Shown here piece after piece: positions 39,706 through 52,209 of a stretch of 64,000 bases of DNA. The stretch comes from Amphiscolops sp. MND2022 (taxonomy: Eukaryota). Numbering within the stretch: position 1 is the first letter of the stretch; the number at the start of each line of letters is the position of its first letter. The stretch spans positions 20,772,001-20,836,000 of the forward strand of contig OZ076409.1 in NCBI GenBank assembly GCA_964187785.1. Reading direction: 5' to 3'. Under the pieces are notes generated by a model. The model searched no databases, was not told the origin of the DNA, and was given only the letters and a program-made list of their open reading frames with translations. The position numbers and the translations under genes are program-made.

Positions 39706-40174
39706 AACAAGCAGGGACCGGCCCAAGTCGGCGCCATATCTAAGGCTCAAAAATAGCAAAAGGACTTCAGAATTGTCGAAGTATTGGTGAATTGGGGACC
39801 CTTTTATGGAAAAAAATGAAAGTCTCAAAATGCCGACAAGAGGGGAGGACTTTTTGGGATTTTTCAACATCCATTTTGTCGCAAAACTCGAAAAAAATCT
39901 TTCCGAAATGGGGGCCCTTTGCTGGAAAAAAATCGAGAAAAGTCGCACAATGCCGCACAAATTTGAAAGGGGGGACCCTTTAGTCTCGCCCGGTAATGTA
40001 TGTTACGCGGAATGAAAACTCTTTTTGGTTTAGTTCCCTGGGCCAACAGGTGAAATTTGAAATTTGGTAGAACTATTTTGGTCACTTCAGGTGGTCTTAA
40101 AAAATAAAAAAAAAACACTGACGAAAGTCCATGACTATAGTCGACTCTTTTGAGGAAAAGCCCCGACTAAAAAA
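39706..40174 (-). mobile_element. HINE-like family A copy
   Basis: aacaagcagggaccggcccaagtcggcgcc ... tagtcgactc...ccccgactaaaa; close to the reverse complement of 1361-1721. Confidence 0.75.
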
Positions 40175-41550
40175 TTTAAATTTAGAGTTTGTTGAGGAAG
40201 CTGCTGTTTGATATTCTGATACCAAGGTCCTCTTGAGCGGGCATTAGCCCTTGAGGGTCTTTTCTGGCTCTTTGCATATGGGTATCATTGCGTGAAAAAG
40301 CCAGATAAATATTAATGATAATAATGATTTCAAACTTCAGGTTCCATACGTTCCATAGCATTCATGAAACCATATATTTTATGCATGTAAACGCATGGGT
40401 GTCATGGTTCCATCGATGAAATAGCAATAGCATATAACTGTCGAACATGTGGTTTCAGATCCGGATAAAAATTCATCGCCTTTTCCTGCTCCACGTTTCT
40501 GATTGACCGTTTTCCCATCAAAAATAACAATTTGAACCAGGTGAGAGCATTTGTTGGATGCAGGGACAGTTTCTGTCAAATAGTTTCAAAATCGTATCTT
40601 TTTGCTGGAACTTATCTGGCTTTCGAAAAAGTAGGTAGAGTCAATTATAACTTTTATATCTTGTAGTGTTAGTGTCTGTATTAACCACTATTGGGTCCAA
40701 ACTTTTTGCAAGTTTTTAACACCACAAGCGCTCATGTTAATTTTGATTCAGACGTGAACAAAGTGCCACCAAAGTTTTACATCTGTTCATTAGATCAGCC
40801 GAGTTGAATATTCCCACTTTCTGGGGCTCTTTGATATCATATGGTTTTGCAGTTTAAGTAAAATTTTGAAATACTTTTTGGGCCTTTTTGGGTACGTTTC
40901 AGATCTTATGTGCAAAGTCCGTAAAAACTTTTTTTTTCAATGTGAGTTCTGTGTTCTGGAAGAAATTATTCAGTTATAGTCAGGCATATTTCGAGTCAAA
41001 TTGCGCGGACTAAAAAGTGACTAAAAATGCTTTTAGCGGGCTTATTCGACTGGACGGAATTTTTGCAACATACTCAACGCATTAAAAGAATTCTTTCTTT
41101 GATGCCTCAGTAATTTACACCAAGCTTTAAACAAAAGTTTCTTCGAATTGAAGGACAATTACATTTTTTCCGAAGTTGTTCGAAATCATCTGGAAACTCT
41201 GTTGCCGAGCTAGAAATGTATTCGAAATATTTACTTCATATCCGAAATTTTTTTATGCTACACTTTTTACAGAATCTGCGTCTACAATCTCTAGCGTTCC
41301 CAAAAAGGCCTAACATTTTCATTTCCCTCTGATTTTTCAGTTAAGACCCGTCTTTTTCGAGGCCAAGGCCGTTTGATAATTTTCGGCTTCGTACAATTTT
41401 TCGGAATTCTTTTCGCCCTTTACTGACTTTGCACTTTTAGGGCCTTGAACGTGGCGCCGACTTTGGCCGTTCCAGTGTTGTTATTCTGTATGCTTTACAC
41501 GGATAGAAAAGATTTGATTTGCGTTGTTTTGGAATTGCTTAATATTGCAG

Positions 41551-41734
41551 GTTTTCGGTGACGTCATTCGGTGCATTCCTGTGAACCAAGCTGCAATTTC
41601 AAACTACATTGTGTCATATGCAGAGGTCTCTTGTTGGGCTAACTACACCGTGCATATCCCCTTAGAGGACCATTTCAATGACTCGCACCATTATAAAATA
41701 TCCTATTATCAATGGGCCCATTACTTTCTGGCAG
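41551..41734 (+). CDS. Innexin exon 2
   Basis: VFGDVIRC...SCWA...SYYQWAHYFL: first extracellular loop with two Cys and the YYQW signature. Acceptor ttgcag, phase-1 donor GTTAGT. Confidence 0.92.
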
Positions 41735-42009
41735 GTTAGTAAATAAATATCTAAGCTATTACTTCGTGGAGATGCAGATGATTTAGCACATTTATCGATT
41801 TGGTGCTTTCTATAGGAAGAGTACTAACACACAGCTTTTGTGCTCAGTCTTAACATATTTTTCGAATTCTCAGGGATGCAAATTAGGTTTCGCTAGAATA
41901 TGGAATATTGGAAACAATTTCCTTTCATTTCCAAGTATCTTCGGAATAGATTCTTTGAGGATGATTTTCAGAAGCGTTCTTTGTCTTATATTAGTTTGTT
42001 TTTCTTCAG

Positions 42010-42172
42010 CCCAAGCACTTGCTTTTTTCTTGCCCAGTTTGGTGTGGTACTACATGGCTGAGAGTCACTTCCCATTTGCTTCCACGGTGCGCAAGAGCAG
42101 TGATGACGAGATAGCCGTCAACTTGGAGAAGAGACAGAAGCTTATCAAAGCTATTTGTCGAAGCCTTCACTG
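42010..42172 (+). CDS. Innexin exon 3
   Basis: QALAFFLPSLVW (TM2 with conserved Pro). Acceptor tttcttcag, phase-2 donor GTACGT. Confidence 0.9.
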
Positions 42173-42486
42173 GTACGTTTAAAATCATGCATCGTTTTAT
42201 CGATCGCATCGAAGCCTTGAAATGGTGGAGAATGGTACAATTGTCTATACAGCAGGGTTTTGACATCTCCAATTTTTTTCGCTAAACCGCTAACTTCGAA
42301 TTCGCTATTTCGCTGAAAAAGTTTTCCAAACTATTGAATGATTGACTTCAGGAATTTAAAAAATAAATGGTGACTTAATTCAGTTTTTGCAAGAAAAATG
42401 ACGAGATTTTCATACTGTGTGGGTTCTACAAAAGTAAGTGTCAGAATTTTTCGTAGTTCAATATGATACCAGTGTATACTCTGAGG

Positions 42487-45400
42487 ACGCTTTGATTTTG
42501 GACATTACAATAATTGAAAATTTTTAAAGTTGTTATTTTTGACCGACCTCTAGAAAGCAAAATAAAAAGCCATCTTGCGTATTTTGGGAATTCTTCGAAA
42601 TTCGAACCATTAGCATTTCAGAAGATGGATCTTTATTGCCATGCAGAATTAGGTTTTTGTCGAATTTGTTTTGATGTTTGTTATTATTTCTGCGATAGCA
42701 GGAATATTATTGAAACCTCAAGTTGCCTACTTTTTTTCAGTAAAATTTTTGTCGCGATACTGAATAATTCAGATATTTTGTTCGGGAGTGACTATAAGCG
42801 TGAGAATTAACTTTCTCAAGCTGCCGACGACAATTCAATTTTCGTGCGATGGAACCAGCGAGTGGTAATTATGCATTCGTACGCTGACGTCATTGTGATG
42901 AAGCGAGCGATTGTTCGTAATTATGCTTTCGTACGCCGAGTTAGAGATGAAGCGAATGAGTGTTAATTATTCGTTCGGCGAGAGCTCCGCCTGCATTCAA
43001 AGTCGAATGCGAAACTTCGTTTACGCTTAGCAGATATATTTGTTGGGGACGATTCAAATCGTAGAGTATCCAAAGCGTCGAAAGCATGTTGAAATTGAAT
43101 TAAGTCAACTAATCAATTTCCAGTAAGTTGCTGCAAAAGAGCGAAAGGCATTTCTGTTACGAAAAATACCTAATACTGTATTGAATATAAAATAATGTAT
43201 TGAAGTACTGTACAGTATTGAATTACTGTACTGAATTGAATTTACAAAATACCATTGTTCAATTCACAAGAGCGATCGCCATTTCTGTTACAATATATTG
43301 AATTTACATGAACCACTGGCCAATTCACACATTTCTTTTAACGAAATGACGAGAATTCGACTTTGTTTGACGACACTTTGACAACAATTGGTTCTCACAA
43401 CGATATTAATATCGCTCACCGTGGTTTTCGTGATAAAATTACAAAATAGAAATACAACAAATAGTATTTGAGGTGCTTGAAGAAATGTGGAAGTACTAAG
43501 ATTGTTAATACTTTATTAGCGGAAATGATTAAATTGCCAACTGATCACAGCCATGATGAAGCAATTGAGGAAATTGACCGGTCCACTTTTATTGGCAACG
43601 CAGTTCAAAGTATCAAGGCAGATCCAACACAACGGCTAAAACCTGCTATTTGAGAGAAATTACAATTATAATTTGTCGATTTTTTCTATTCCGACTGATC
43701 TGTCAATAGAAAGCAAATTTCATCAAGCGAGAGCTGGAGAAATGCCACCATTACCAAGGAAAGATGAACTCAAAACACGAATTAAAGGAAGATGGGCACG
43801 GACAATCAATAATCAACGATTTATGTTGAAATACAACCATGAGGAGTTATAATGTTTGTGAGTGATTCATCTCTGGAAACAATTTCAAAATACCAAATTC
43901 TATTGTGTGATGGTACATTCAAATGCTACCCGAGGCCTTTCTATCAATTGTATGTTATATTCGTGATATACATTGGTGTACCAATTCTTCTTGTCTTTAC
44001 ATTTCTGGACGGCAAATCCGCCCGTCACTATTGGATTATGTTTAAAACGTTGAAAAAATTGTGAAACGCTTTGATTTTGGACATTACAATAATTGAAAAT
44101 TTTTAAAGTTGTTATTTTTGACCGACCTCTAGAAAGCAAAATAAAAAGCCATCTTGCGTATTTTGGGAATTCTTCGAAATTCGAACCATTAGCATTTCAG
44201 AAGATGGATCTTTATTGCAATGCAGAATTAGGTTTTTGTCGAATTTGTTTTGATGTTTGTTATTATTTCTGCGATAGCAGGAATATTATTGAAACCTCAA
44301 GTTGCCTACTTTTTTTCAGTAAAATTTTTGTCGCGATACTGAATAATTCAGATATTTTGTTCGGGAGTGACTATAAGCGTGAGAATTAACTTTCTCAAGC
44401 TGCCGACGACAATTCAATTTTCGTGCGATGGAACGAGCGAGTGGTAATTATGCATTCGTACGCTGACGTCATTGTGATGAAGCGAGCGATTGTTCGTAAT
44501 TATGCTTTCGTACGCCGAGTTAGAGATGAAGCGAATGAGTGTTAATTATTCGTTCGGCGAGAGCTCCGCCTGCATTCAAAGTCGAATGCGAAACTTCGTT
44601 TACGCTTAGCAGATATATTTGTTGGGGACGATTCAAATCGTAGAGTATCCAAAGCGTCGAAAGCATGTTGAAATTGAATTAAGTCAACTAATCAATTTCC
44701 AGTAAGTTGCTGCAAAAGAGCGAAAGGCATTTCTGTTACGAAAAATACCTAATACTGTATTGAATATAAAATAATGTATTGAAGTACTGTACAGTATTGA
44801 ATTACTGTACTGAATTGAATTTACAAAATACCATTGTTCAATTCACAAGAGCGATCGCCATTTCTGTTACAATATATTGAATTTACATGAACCACTGGCC
44901 AATTCACACATTTCTTTTAACGAAATGACGAGAATTCGACTTTGTTTGACGACACTTTGACAACAATTGGTTCTCACAACGATATTAATATCGCTCACCG
45001 TGGTTTTCGTGATAAAATTACAAAATAGAAATACAACAAATAGTATTTGAGGTGCTTGAAGAAATGTGGAAGTACTAAGATTGTTAATACTTTATTAGCG
45101 GAAATGATTAAATTGCCAACTGATCACAGCCATGATGAAGCAATTGAGGAAATTGACCGGTCCACTTTTATTGGCAACGCAGTTCAAAGTATCAAGGCAG
45201 ATCCAACACAACGGCTAAAACCTGCTATTTGAGAGAAATTACAATTATAATTTGTCGATTTTTTCTATTCCGACTGATCGGTCAATAGAAAGCAAATTTC
45301 ATCAAGCGAGAGCTGGAGAAATGCCACCATTACCAAGGAAAGATGAACTCAAAACACGAATTAAAGGAAGATGGGCACGGACAATCAATAATCAACGATT

Positions 45401-45644
45401 TATGTTGAAATACAACCATGAGGAGTTATAATGTTTGTGAGTGATTCATCTCTGGAAACAATTTCAAAATACCAAATTCTATTGTGTGATGGTACATTCA
45501 AATGCTACCCGAGGCCTTTCTATCAATTGTATGTTATATTCGTGATATACATTGGTGTACCAATTCTTCTTGTCTTTACATTTCTGGACGGCAAATCCGC
45601 CCGTCACTATTGGATTATGTTTAAAACGTTGAAAAAATTGTGAA
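42487..45644 (+). repeat. Direct tandem duplication, 2 x 1579 bp
   Basis: 42487-44065 repeats at 44066-45644; identical ORFs offset by 1579; ACG microhomology at the junction. Confidence 0.95.
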
Positions 45645-46605
45645 ACGAATTACACGCCTCAAATTCAGGCCCACTACCATCGTTACTGATTACGAGACCG
45701 GCATCATCAGTGCTGTTTCATGTGAATTTCCGGCTGCTGATCACCTCTGATGTTATTCGAATTATGTGCAGGCTATATATCGCAAAGTGCAAGAACTGGG
45801 CCTCAGCTGTGATTATACAGTTGACCCTTTCGTTCGGAATATGGTCCGAAAACTGTATGCCGTGCCATTTTTGCCCCCAGATCTCATTGATGAGTGCATT
45901 GTGGAATTCATAGCATCGGAATCGTTCAAAGTTGCAAAGCGGTTATACCCTGCTTTAGTAACCCTGATCAATTGTTTGCACACTCAATGGTATGCAAATC
46001 CCGTGATGCCTTTCAAAATGTGGAATGTGTGAGAGGAGTGACCAAACTCGAACAACAAATATTTGCGAGGGCTGGAATTGCAAGTGGAACAGCGAATTGG
46101 GGAAAAAACTGCCAAATTTTGGGTGGCTATAAGATGCCTAAAACAGGAAGAAATGGAAGTAAGAGTTAACATCATTACTTGGGAAACACTGAATAACAAG
46201 GGCAGGCGCAGTTTTCGTGATAAATGTAGGCAAATTGACAACATAAAAAAGTTTTATGCGAGAAATACCAGAAGTTTGATGGACTACTGGGAAACCATGA
46301 GTCTTGTATGTGGCCGAAAATAATTGGTTTGTTGATTGCAATATGTTGATTTATAATGTTGTTTTTGTTTTGATTTTTGTGATAATTGATTTTTCCACGC
46401 TTTGAATAGTTTTAACTTTTTCGACGCTTTGAATAGCTTAATTTTTTTCGACGCTTTGAATAGCTTATTTTTTTCGATGCTTTGAATAACTTAATTTTTC
46501 TCGACGCTTCAATTAGCTTAATTTTTTTGACGTTTTGTTTAGCCTATTTTTTTCGACGTTTTAATTATTCTACGCTTATATAATACTATAATACGAATAG
46601 TCACC
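44624..46605 (+). mobile_element. Mutator-like (MULE) DNA transposon with decayed FLYWCH+MULE transposase; its 5' half is duplicated at 43045-44065
   Basis: 9-bp TSD ATATTTGTT/ATATTTGCT, degenerate TIRs GGGGACGATTC / GAATAGTCACC. Peptides LRC...HSHD, CDGTFK..PRPFYQLY, TDYE, QAIYRKVQELGL, WNV. About 6 subterminal ttcgacgctttgaatagctta repeats at 46390-46570. Confidence 0.88.
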
Positions 46606-46900
46606 ATATTTGCTTTAGTCCGAGATTTAAAGGCGGTTTAAAGTTTTACAGTGATTAATTGTGCGCTAAATAATGATTAAACAGGAGTGTATTGGTATTC
46701 CAGATATGATTCCATTATTAATGAAAGATTAAAGCGGAGGGGCCTATTTTTCAATTTTCATTTATTCTGTAGATTGTTTCAAAAGGTCCCCCAAATCGTA
46801 CCTTGAATGCTACCTTTATTCCAGTTATTCTTTGGCCTCGGAAATGTTCAGTTCCAACAAATTCCGTTGTCATGTCATTACCCATGTTACATTTTTTCAG

Positions 46901-47225
46901 GTACTTTCAACAACGCAGGAAGAAGTTTTTGCCTAAAATGCACGATTCTTTGCCCAAGAAGACTTGGGTACGCTTTGCAACATATCAAGTGAAGCAGTTC
47001 TTTCTCAGCTTCGCCCCTAGTGGCTGTCGTCTAATCTGGTGCTACTTATTCGTCAAAGTGTTGTTTTTGGCCAACCTGGCATCACAGTTCTACATGATGC
47101 AATCTTTCATTGGCAATCGCTTCTCGCATGTTTATGGATTCAGCTGGGTCATGCAAAGGCTTTGCAATACAAAATGGGAGCCAAATCTTTTACCATTTCC
47201 TCTGCAAACATTGTGTGTGGTTCAA
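46901..47225 (+). CDS. Innexin exon 4
   Basis: YLFVKVLFLANLASQFYMMQSFIG (TM3) and PFPLQTLC. Acceptor ttttttcag, phase-0 donor GTTAGT. Confidence 0.92.
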
Positions 47226-47630
47226 GTTAGTTTTCGTATCTATTCCTAGCACAAGACGTTCCGTTTCAGCTACTTTATTATCAGATGAATACGATTCTTG
47301 AGGTTATAATACAAAAATTCTTCTAAACGCTTATTCATTTCGAAAAAAAGAACACTCGTTACAATCTTTAGAGTTCAAAATCAAGCGACATTCATAACGG
47401 AAGCAGTAGATTTATTATTCTGTTGTGAAAAAAATTGCTGAAAATGTGAATCTGCATTTTTGAAAGCAACAGCTTGTTCCATACTGTATAGGTCCTCCAA
47501 TACAATGTCGCATGAATTTTGCAGACGATCAGCATTTACTTTCGGGTAAAAATGATCATTGGGCAAGACGTATTCCAAGGTAGATTTTGGTTGGCATCAT
47601 ATATCTTGTTTTTAGTTCTTGTTGTTCCAG

Positions 47631-47722
47631 GTTAAAACTCATGAAGTGGAAAACAAATTGTTCCAATGCTTTCTTACGCTCAACCTTCTGTACAACAGAA
47701 TGTTCACTTACATATCTTTTCT
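47631..47722 (+). CDS. Innexin exon 5
   Basis: FQCFLTLNLLYNRMFTYISF corresponds to the QC.L..N....K.F.F.. motif. Acceptor gttccag, phase-2 donor GTTAGT. Confidence 0.88.
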
Positions 47723-48239
47723 GTTAGTACATAACTTTTACAAGACAACACTGGGACCATGTATCTTATTACCCCTAAGGTACACCGTGTTTCTTATACC
47801 CCAACACGAAAACACCTTTTAATCTTGAGAAGAAATCTTGCAATAATGAAAATTTTATATGGTTTCAATTACCTAAAAGATTATCTTTTGGGACTGTTTT
47901 GACACTTCCAGTAGAACATGACACTGATTTTTTCATCTTATTGTCCAAAATCGCAAAAATTCACGCCTGAAACAAAGCAAAATTGTATAGCTATACTATA
48001 TCGCAAATTTTCTCCTGAACAAAATAAAATTAGCAACTTTTAAGTTTGTGACACATAGGATTATTTCGACATCAATTATTTATTATTTAATTGGGCCAGA
48101 ATTTCATCGCATCGTGGTATTCGAATCGTGTTTTTCTTATTTCCCAAACGTAACCTCCCCGCGACCGCTTGGGGGGCAATGAAACATGGTCCCAACACTA
48201 TTGCGGCCCAATTATTGTTGATTTAATAAACTTTTGCAG

Positions 48240-48423
48240 CTTGGCAATCATGACGGTCGCTACCTTGTGTAACTTTATTTGCTGGATCATTTGGATGATT
48301 TTGATGCCAGCGAGATACTGCTACGTGAGGTCTCTTCTTGTGGAACATCGTGACCGGCATTCTTTTGTGGAAAACCACCCAAACTTTTGTTCCATAAACG
48401 GTCAATCAAGCTCATTATTCAAG
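48240..48423 (+). CDS. Innexin exon 6
   Basis: TM4 LAIMTVATLCNFICWIIW..R..YVRSLL. Acceptor ttttgcag, phase-0 donor GTGAGA. Confidence 0.88.
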
Positions 48424-48792
48424 GTGAGATTTTCTGTACTTTGAATATATCCTTATTTGAGATTTCACGAAGCCAGCGACAGTCCAGAAATTATGAGTTT
48501 ATAATGAGGTGGGTTCCATTAAAGTGAGCAACCACTTCTGAATTGTCAGTTTTTTTTGTTCTGCGTAGTTTATTCTGCGATTCTTCTGAAGACCATTAGG
48601 CATGCATCTTTCATTACTATTCTTCATTAATGCTTGGTGTATTTCAAATTTGCACATGAATTTGTTTTGTTGCCTATGGTTTTATCGTCTAACTAAACCT
48701 TGGGGTGAAAACGTTTAAACGCATAAAAATCTGTCCAAGAATATTCGACGACTTCTTGATAGCACTATTTTCGAACCTTATGAATGTTTCAG

Positions 48793-49218
48793 GATTCGGT
48801 GCACATTTTCGTTCACAAATACTTACAACAAGATGGGGTGCTGATCATCAAGCTTCTCACGTCTGCAACCAGCTCGTTCTTCGGGTTTGAAGTTTGCAAC
48901 GCCTTGTTTCTCCATTTCGTGTCCATCGCCCAATCGGGTTCTGAAAGAAGCATGAGCTGCGAAAACAACGTGGAGGTTGACAGCTTGCCTCTACACTTTG
49001 CCAATGATGGTTTCGAAGTTGGCAATGGATGTGAAAACGAAAGGGATAAGAAGCATTGGGCGTTTGTCGAGAGTGCTATGAAAGAAGAGATTGTGTTAGA
49101 TGAGAAGCCAACGCGTGACAATAGACTGCATCGGTGGTTTGAACATGCCACCAATGAGAAGAAAACTTTGGCCTTGGAACACTTTAGCACGTCAGGTACT
49201 TTTGAAAATGTGAGTTGA
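48793..49218 (+). CDS. Innexin exon 7 (terminal if unspliced; internal donors after 49195 and 49209)
   Basis: FVHKYLQQDGVLIIKLL is the conserved innexin C-terminal F...YL..DGV....L motif. Seven-exon CDS 1506 nt (501 aa). Confidence 0.85.
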   Translation, partial: DSVHIFVHKYLQQDGVLIIKLLTSATSSFFGFEVCNALFLHFVSIAQSGSERSMSCENNVEVDSLPLHFANDGFEVGNGCENERDKKHWAFVESAMKEEIVLDEKPTRDNRLHRWFEHATNEKKTLALEHFSTSGTFENVS

Positions 49219-49555
49219 GGTTTTCACCATGCTCTCTTCAATACCGAAGGAAGTTACTTTTCGCCGTCTTTGCTGAGTATCGAACTAATTTTTTCGTTCC
49301 CAAAGTATGGTAACGAAAGTTCATTGGAACAACTAAATTTATGCTGTCGAGTAAGGCCTATGTTAAGAATAAAATTCGTTGCTGACAGCTTGAATGTTTG
49401 AAACAACACTTGATTTTTTCTGCGTTTAACGTTTTTGATAACATTAGAGTAGAAAAATACATTGAAACCTCGTTCTTAATGTTATTAAATGTTTTTTTAA
49501 AATATTCAGAACGTTATTAAATGCCGTTTTCATAAGTGTAAATCTGAAACCCATG

Positions 49556-49927
49556 TTTTTAGTCGGCGCCTTTTCGAAAATTTTTAATGTCTCATAAGAG
49601 TCCCCCCTTCGGATTTTTTGATATTTTGCAACAGAAAGTATGTTAATGAATCCCAAAGGGTCCCCCCTTTTCATTTTTCGGCACTATGCGACGTTTTCAA
49701 AGTTTTTTTCAAAAAAAAAATCAAAATTTTTTTTCGAAAAAATTTTCAACTTTTTTTGTTTCCAGTCGGGAAAAGTGATTCTCCAGTCATATCGAGCATG
49801 AAAGGCACACTTTGGGTGTCTCGAAAGTGTTTTCAAAGCTTTTCATGAATACATCCTGGGCACATTTAGAAAACTGCGCTTTTTGAGCCTTAGATATAGC
49901 GCCGACTTTAGACGCTCCCGTCTTGTT
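49556..49927 (+). mobile_element. HINE-like family A copy, internally deleted
   Basis: tttttagtcggcgcc ... gcgccgactttagacgctcccgtcttgtt; near-identical to the reverse complement of 10428-10770. Confidence 0.75.
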
Positions 49928-50032
49928 ATTTATTGCACATGACGAAGTCAATGTGCATTGCAGTCCAGATAAGTAAGTTCTTTTTTCCACTATAGTCAAC
50001 TTCATAATGAGCGCCTTTTAGATAAAAGCCAA

Positions 50033-50105
50033 AACCCCAGAGAGATTCGAACCTGCAGCCTCCCGATTGCACGGCATAAGTGTTGACCACTGTGCCATAG
50101 GGACG
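50033..50105 (-). pseudogene. Degenerate tRNA-like sequence near a family-B-like 3' hairpin (50199-50224)
   Basis: Minus strand TGGCACAGTGG ... GGTTCGAATCT A/B boxes; stems imperfect. Confidence 0.45.
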
Positions 50106-50544
50106 TTATTGAACAAAGTTGAACTGTTGAATATATACGCATGCGATTAAAATAATATATATACGCATATTAAAATAATCGATGTCTTCGTCATGTGTTG
50201 CGAAGCACCGCTTCGCCTCTGTGTGAAATTTCCAATTTCCGTATATATAATTTTGTGATTTTTTGGGGCAATTCTGGGATGGAAAAACATTGCCAATTAG
50301 CGGAAGGGTAAAAAACATTTGTAGCCGAATTTTTGAAATGACGTTAGAAGCACTGTTACAACTTTAACTGTTTTGTTCGTGGCTGTGCAAAAACCAATGA
50401 GATTTGAGAAGCAACGCCCAAACATCCAATGGGGTTTGAGAATCGCTGTCACTTCGCACTGCTTAATCGCATTCTCTAAGGGCATCACTGTAGATGTTTT
50501 CTATTGGTTGTAATTCTCGGATTCTTTTCAGCCCATTTCCTCAG

Positions 50545-50799
50545 ATGAAGTATCTAAAACGTGTCGAAGAGACTCCAGTTGTGGTGGTGACTTGTCGTAC
50601 AGGTCTCATCTTCTGTCGAATACGAAATGCCCGAGTGATAGCTGTTCGGAGCCTGTACACAGTTCCGAAAGCTGTATCGGGGAACCAATGCCTTTGAAGT
50701 TATCACAAAATATCCGTCATTCTCACCGGATCGTTTCGCCACCGCCTGAAGACAGAAAAAGGCTCACATTCTCGGAGAAGATCGTGGAAAAAGGAAACG
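50545..50799 (+). CDS. Candidate innexin exon 8 (C-terminal tail)
   Basis: Acceptor tttcctcag, 255-nt open phase1-phase1 exon, donor G|GTGAGA, raised GC. No homology support. Confidence 0.5.
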
Positions 50800-51424
50800 G
50801 TGAGAACTTCATTGATGCAATGGCTTTGACATCGCTATTTTTTTGCTAATCGCTAAAGCGCTAATTTAAAAATCACTGTTTTGTTGAAAAGGTTTTCCTC
50901 CTAGCTATTAAATGTTAGATCCAGTATCTTTCAAAATTAAATAACCTAGTTTAGTTTTGCAACAAAAAAAATTGAATTTTTCATACTGTGTGGGTTCTAC
51001 AAGAGTAAGCATTTTTTGTAATTCATTTTGAAACTCCGAGTAGGCTCAGAGGAAATTTTGAATTTGAACATTCTTTCTATTGAGGGCGGCTCACTATGCA
51101 GAGGGTTCACCGAGCCGACCAAATAAATTCATTGTCAGCGCGTGATTAGGATTAAATTCATATTGAACGCGCGCTTAAATTCATTCTCAAATTTGATTGG
51201 ACAAAAATATATGCGGATAATGTAAACAAAAGTGTCAATTGAATTTTACGATAACGTAGTCAGCTATTGTCACATATCTCTAGTGCCCTAAATGAAGGAG
51301 CGAAGCGAAGCGGAGCGACGTACCATATGACCATGCTTCAATGTTGCTACTTGGCGAAGGGAGCGAAGCGACCGATTCATACAACAAATATGCCAACCTC
51401 TTCAAAGAAATCAATAATAATGAT

Positions 51425-52203
51425 AACAAGACGCCCGCGGACCAGCGGGATATTTTCCGCCCCAAATCTCTTCGAAAAAGACTACTGGACAACAAATTTG
51501 TTCCTTGTTGACTCTTTTCAACATTCCAATCTACGAAGTCTGTCGAAAATTTGACAAAAATTGCATAAAAAACTTTGAAAATTGGAAAATTTTGGGTTTT
51601 TTGTCATTTTCGGTTTCAATTTGATATATTTTTCATTTAGAAAACAGTCATTATCTCTTCGGAAAAGTATACTGGACAACGAATTCCTGCCATTCCTGTC
51701 ACGTTAAACGTTTTCAACATTCTAATCCACGAAGTCTATCGAAAATTTGACAAAAATTGCATAAAAACGTTAAAAATGAAAAATTTTGGAATTTTTTAAT
51801 CATTTTTTTGGTAATTTTTCTTTTAAAAAACCGCATTTATCTCTTCAGAATACTATTGGACAACGAATTCGTGCCTTGTTGAACGTTTTCAACATTCTAA
51901 TCGACGATGTTTATCGGAAAAATGGCAAAAAATGCATGAAAACTGTGAAAATTGGGAAAGTTTTGAATTTTTGTCATTTTCGGGGTCATTTTTGGGTCAT
52001 TATGGGGTCATTTCCGTCATTCCCAAAAAAGTCCAAAAATCTTTACAAATACATATCGCATGGAACTAAATTTATGTCAGTTGAATTCTGTGAATGTACT
52101 TCTTCATATTACGTAAACAATAATTCTTGGCAAATTTTGTAAAAAAAACCCGTTTGATTTAAATATTTTCCTTTCCCATACGAAATATGGGCGGAAAATA
52201 ATA
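51425..52203 (-). mobile_element. HINE-like family D copy with about 190-bp internal tandem repeats
   Basis: subTIR TATTTTCCGCCC at 51451-51462 and its complement at 52189-52200; partial IR at 52164-52178; hairpin CCCGC-ggacca-GCGGG plus aacaa terminus. Confidence 0.7.
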
Positions 52204-52209
52204 ATTAAT

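Noticed and set aside
46390..46570. CRISPR-like short repeat array
   Set aside because: Head-to-tail degenerate units of about 27 bp with no unique spacers and no cas genes, in a eukaryotic context; these are MULE subterminal repeats.
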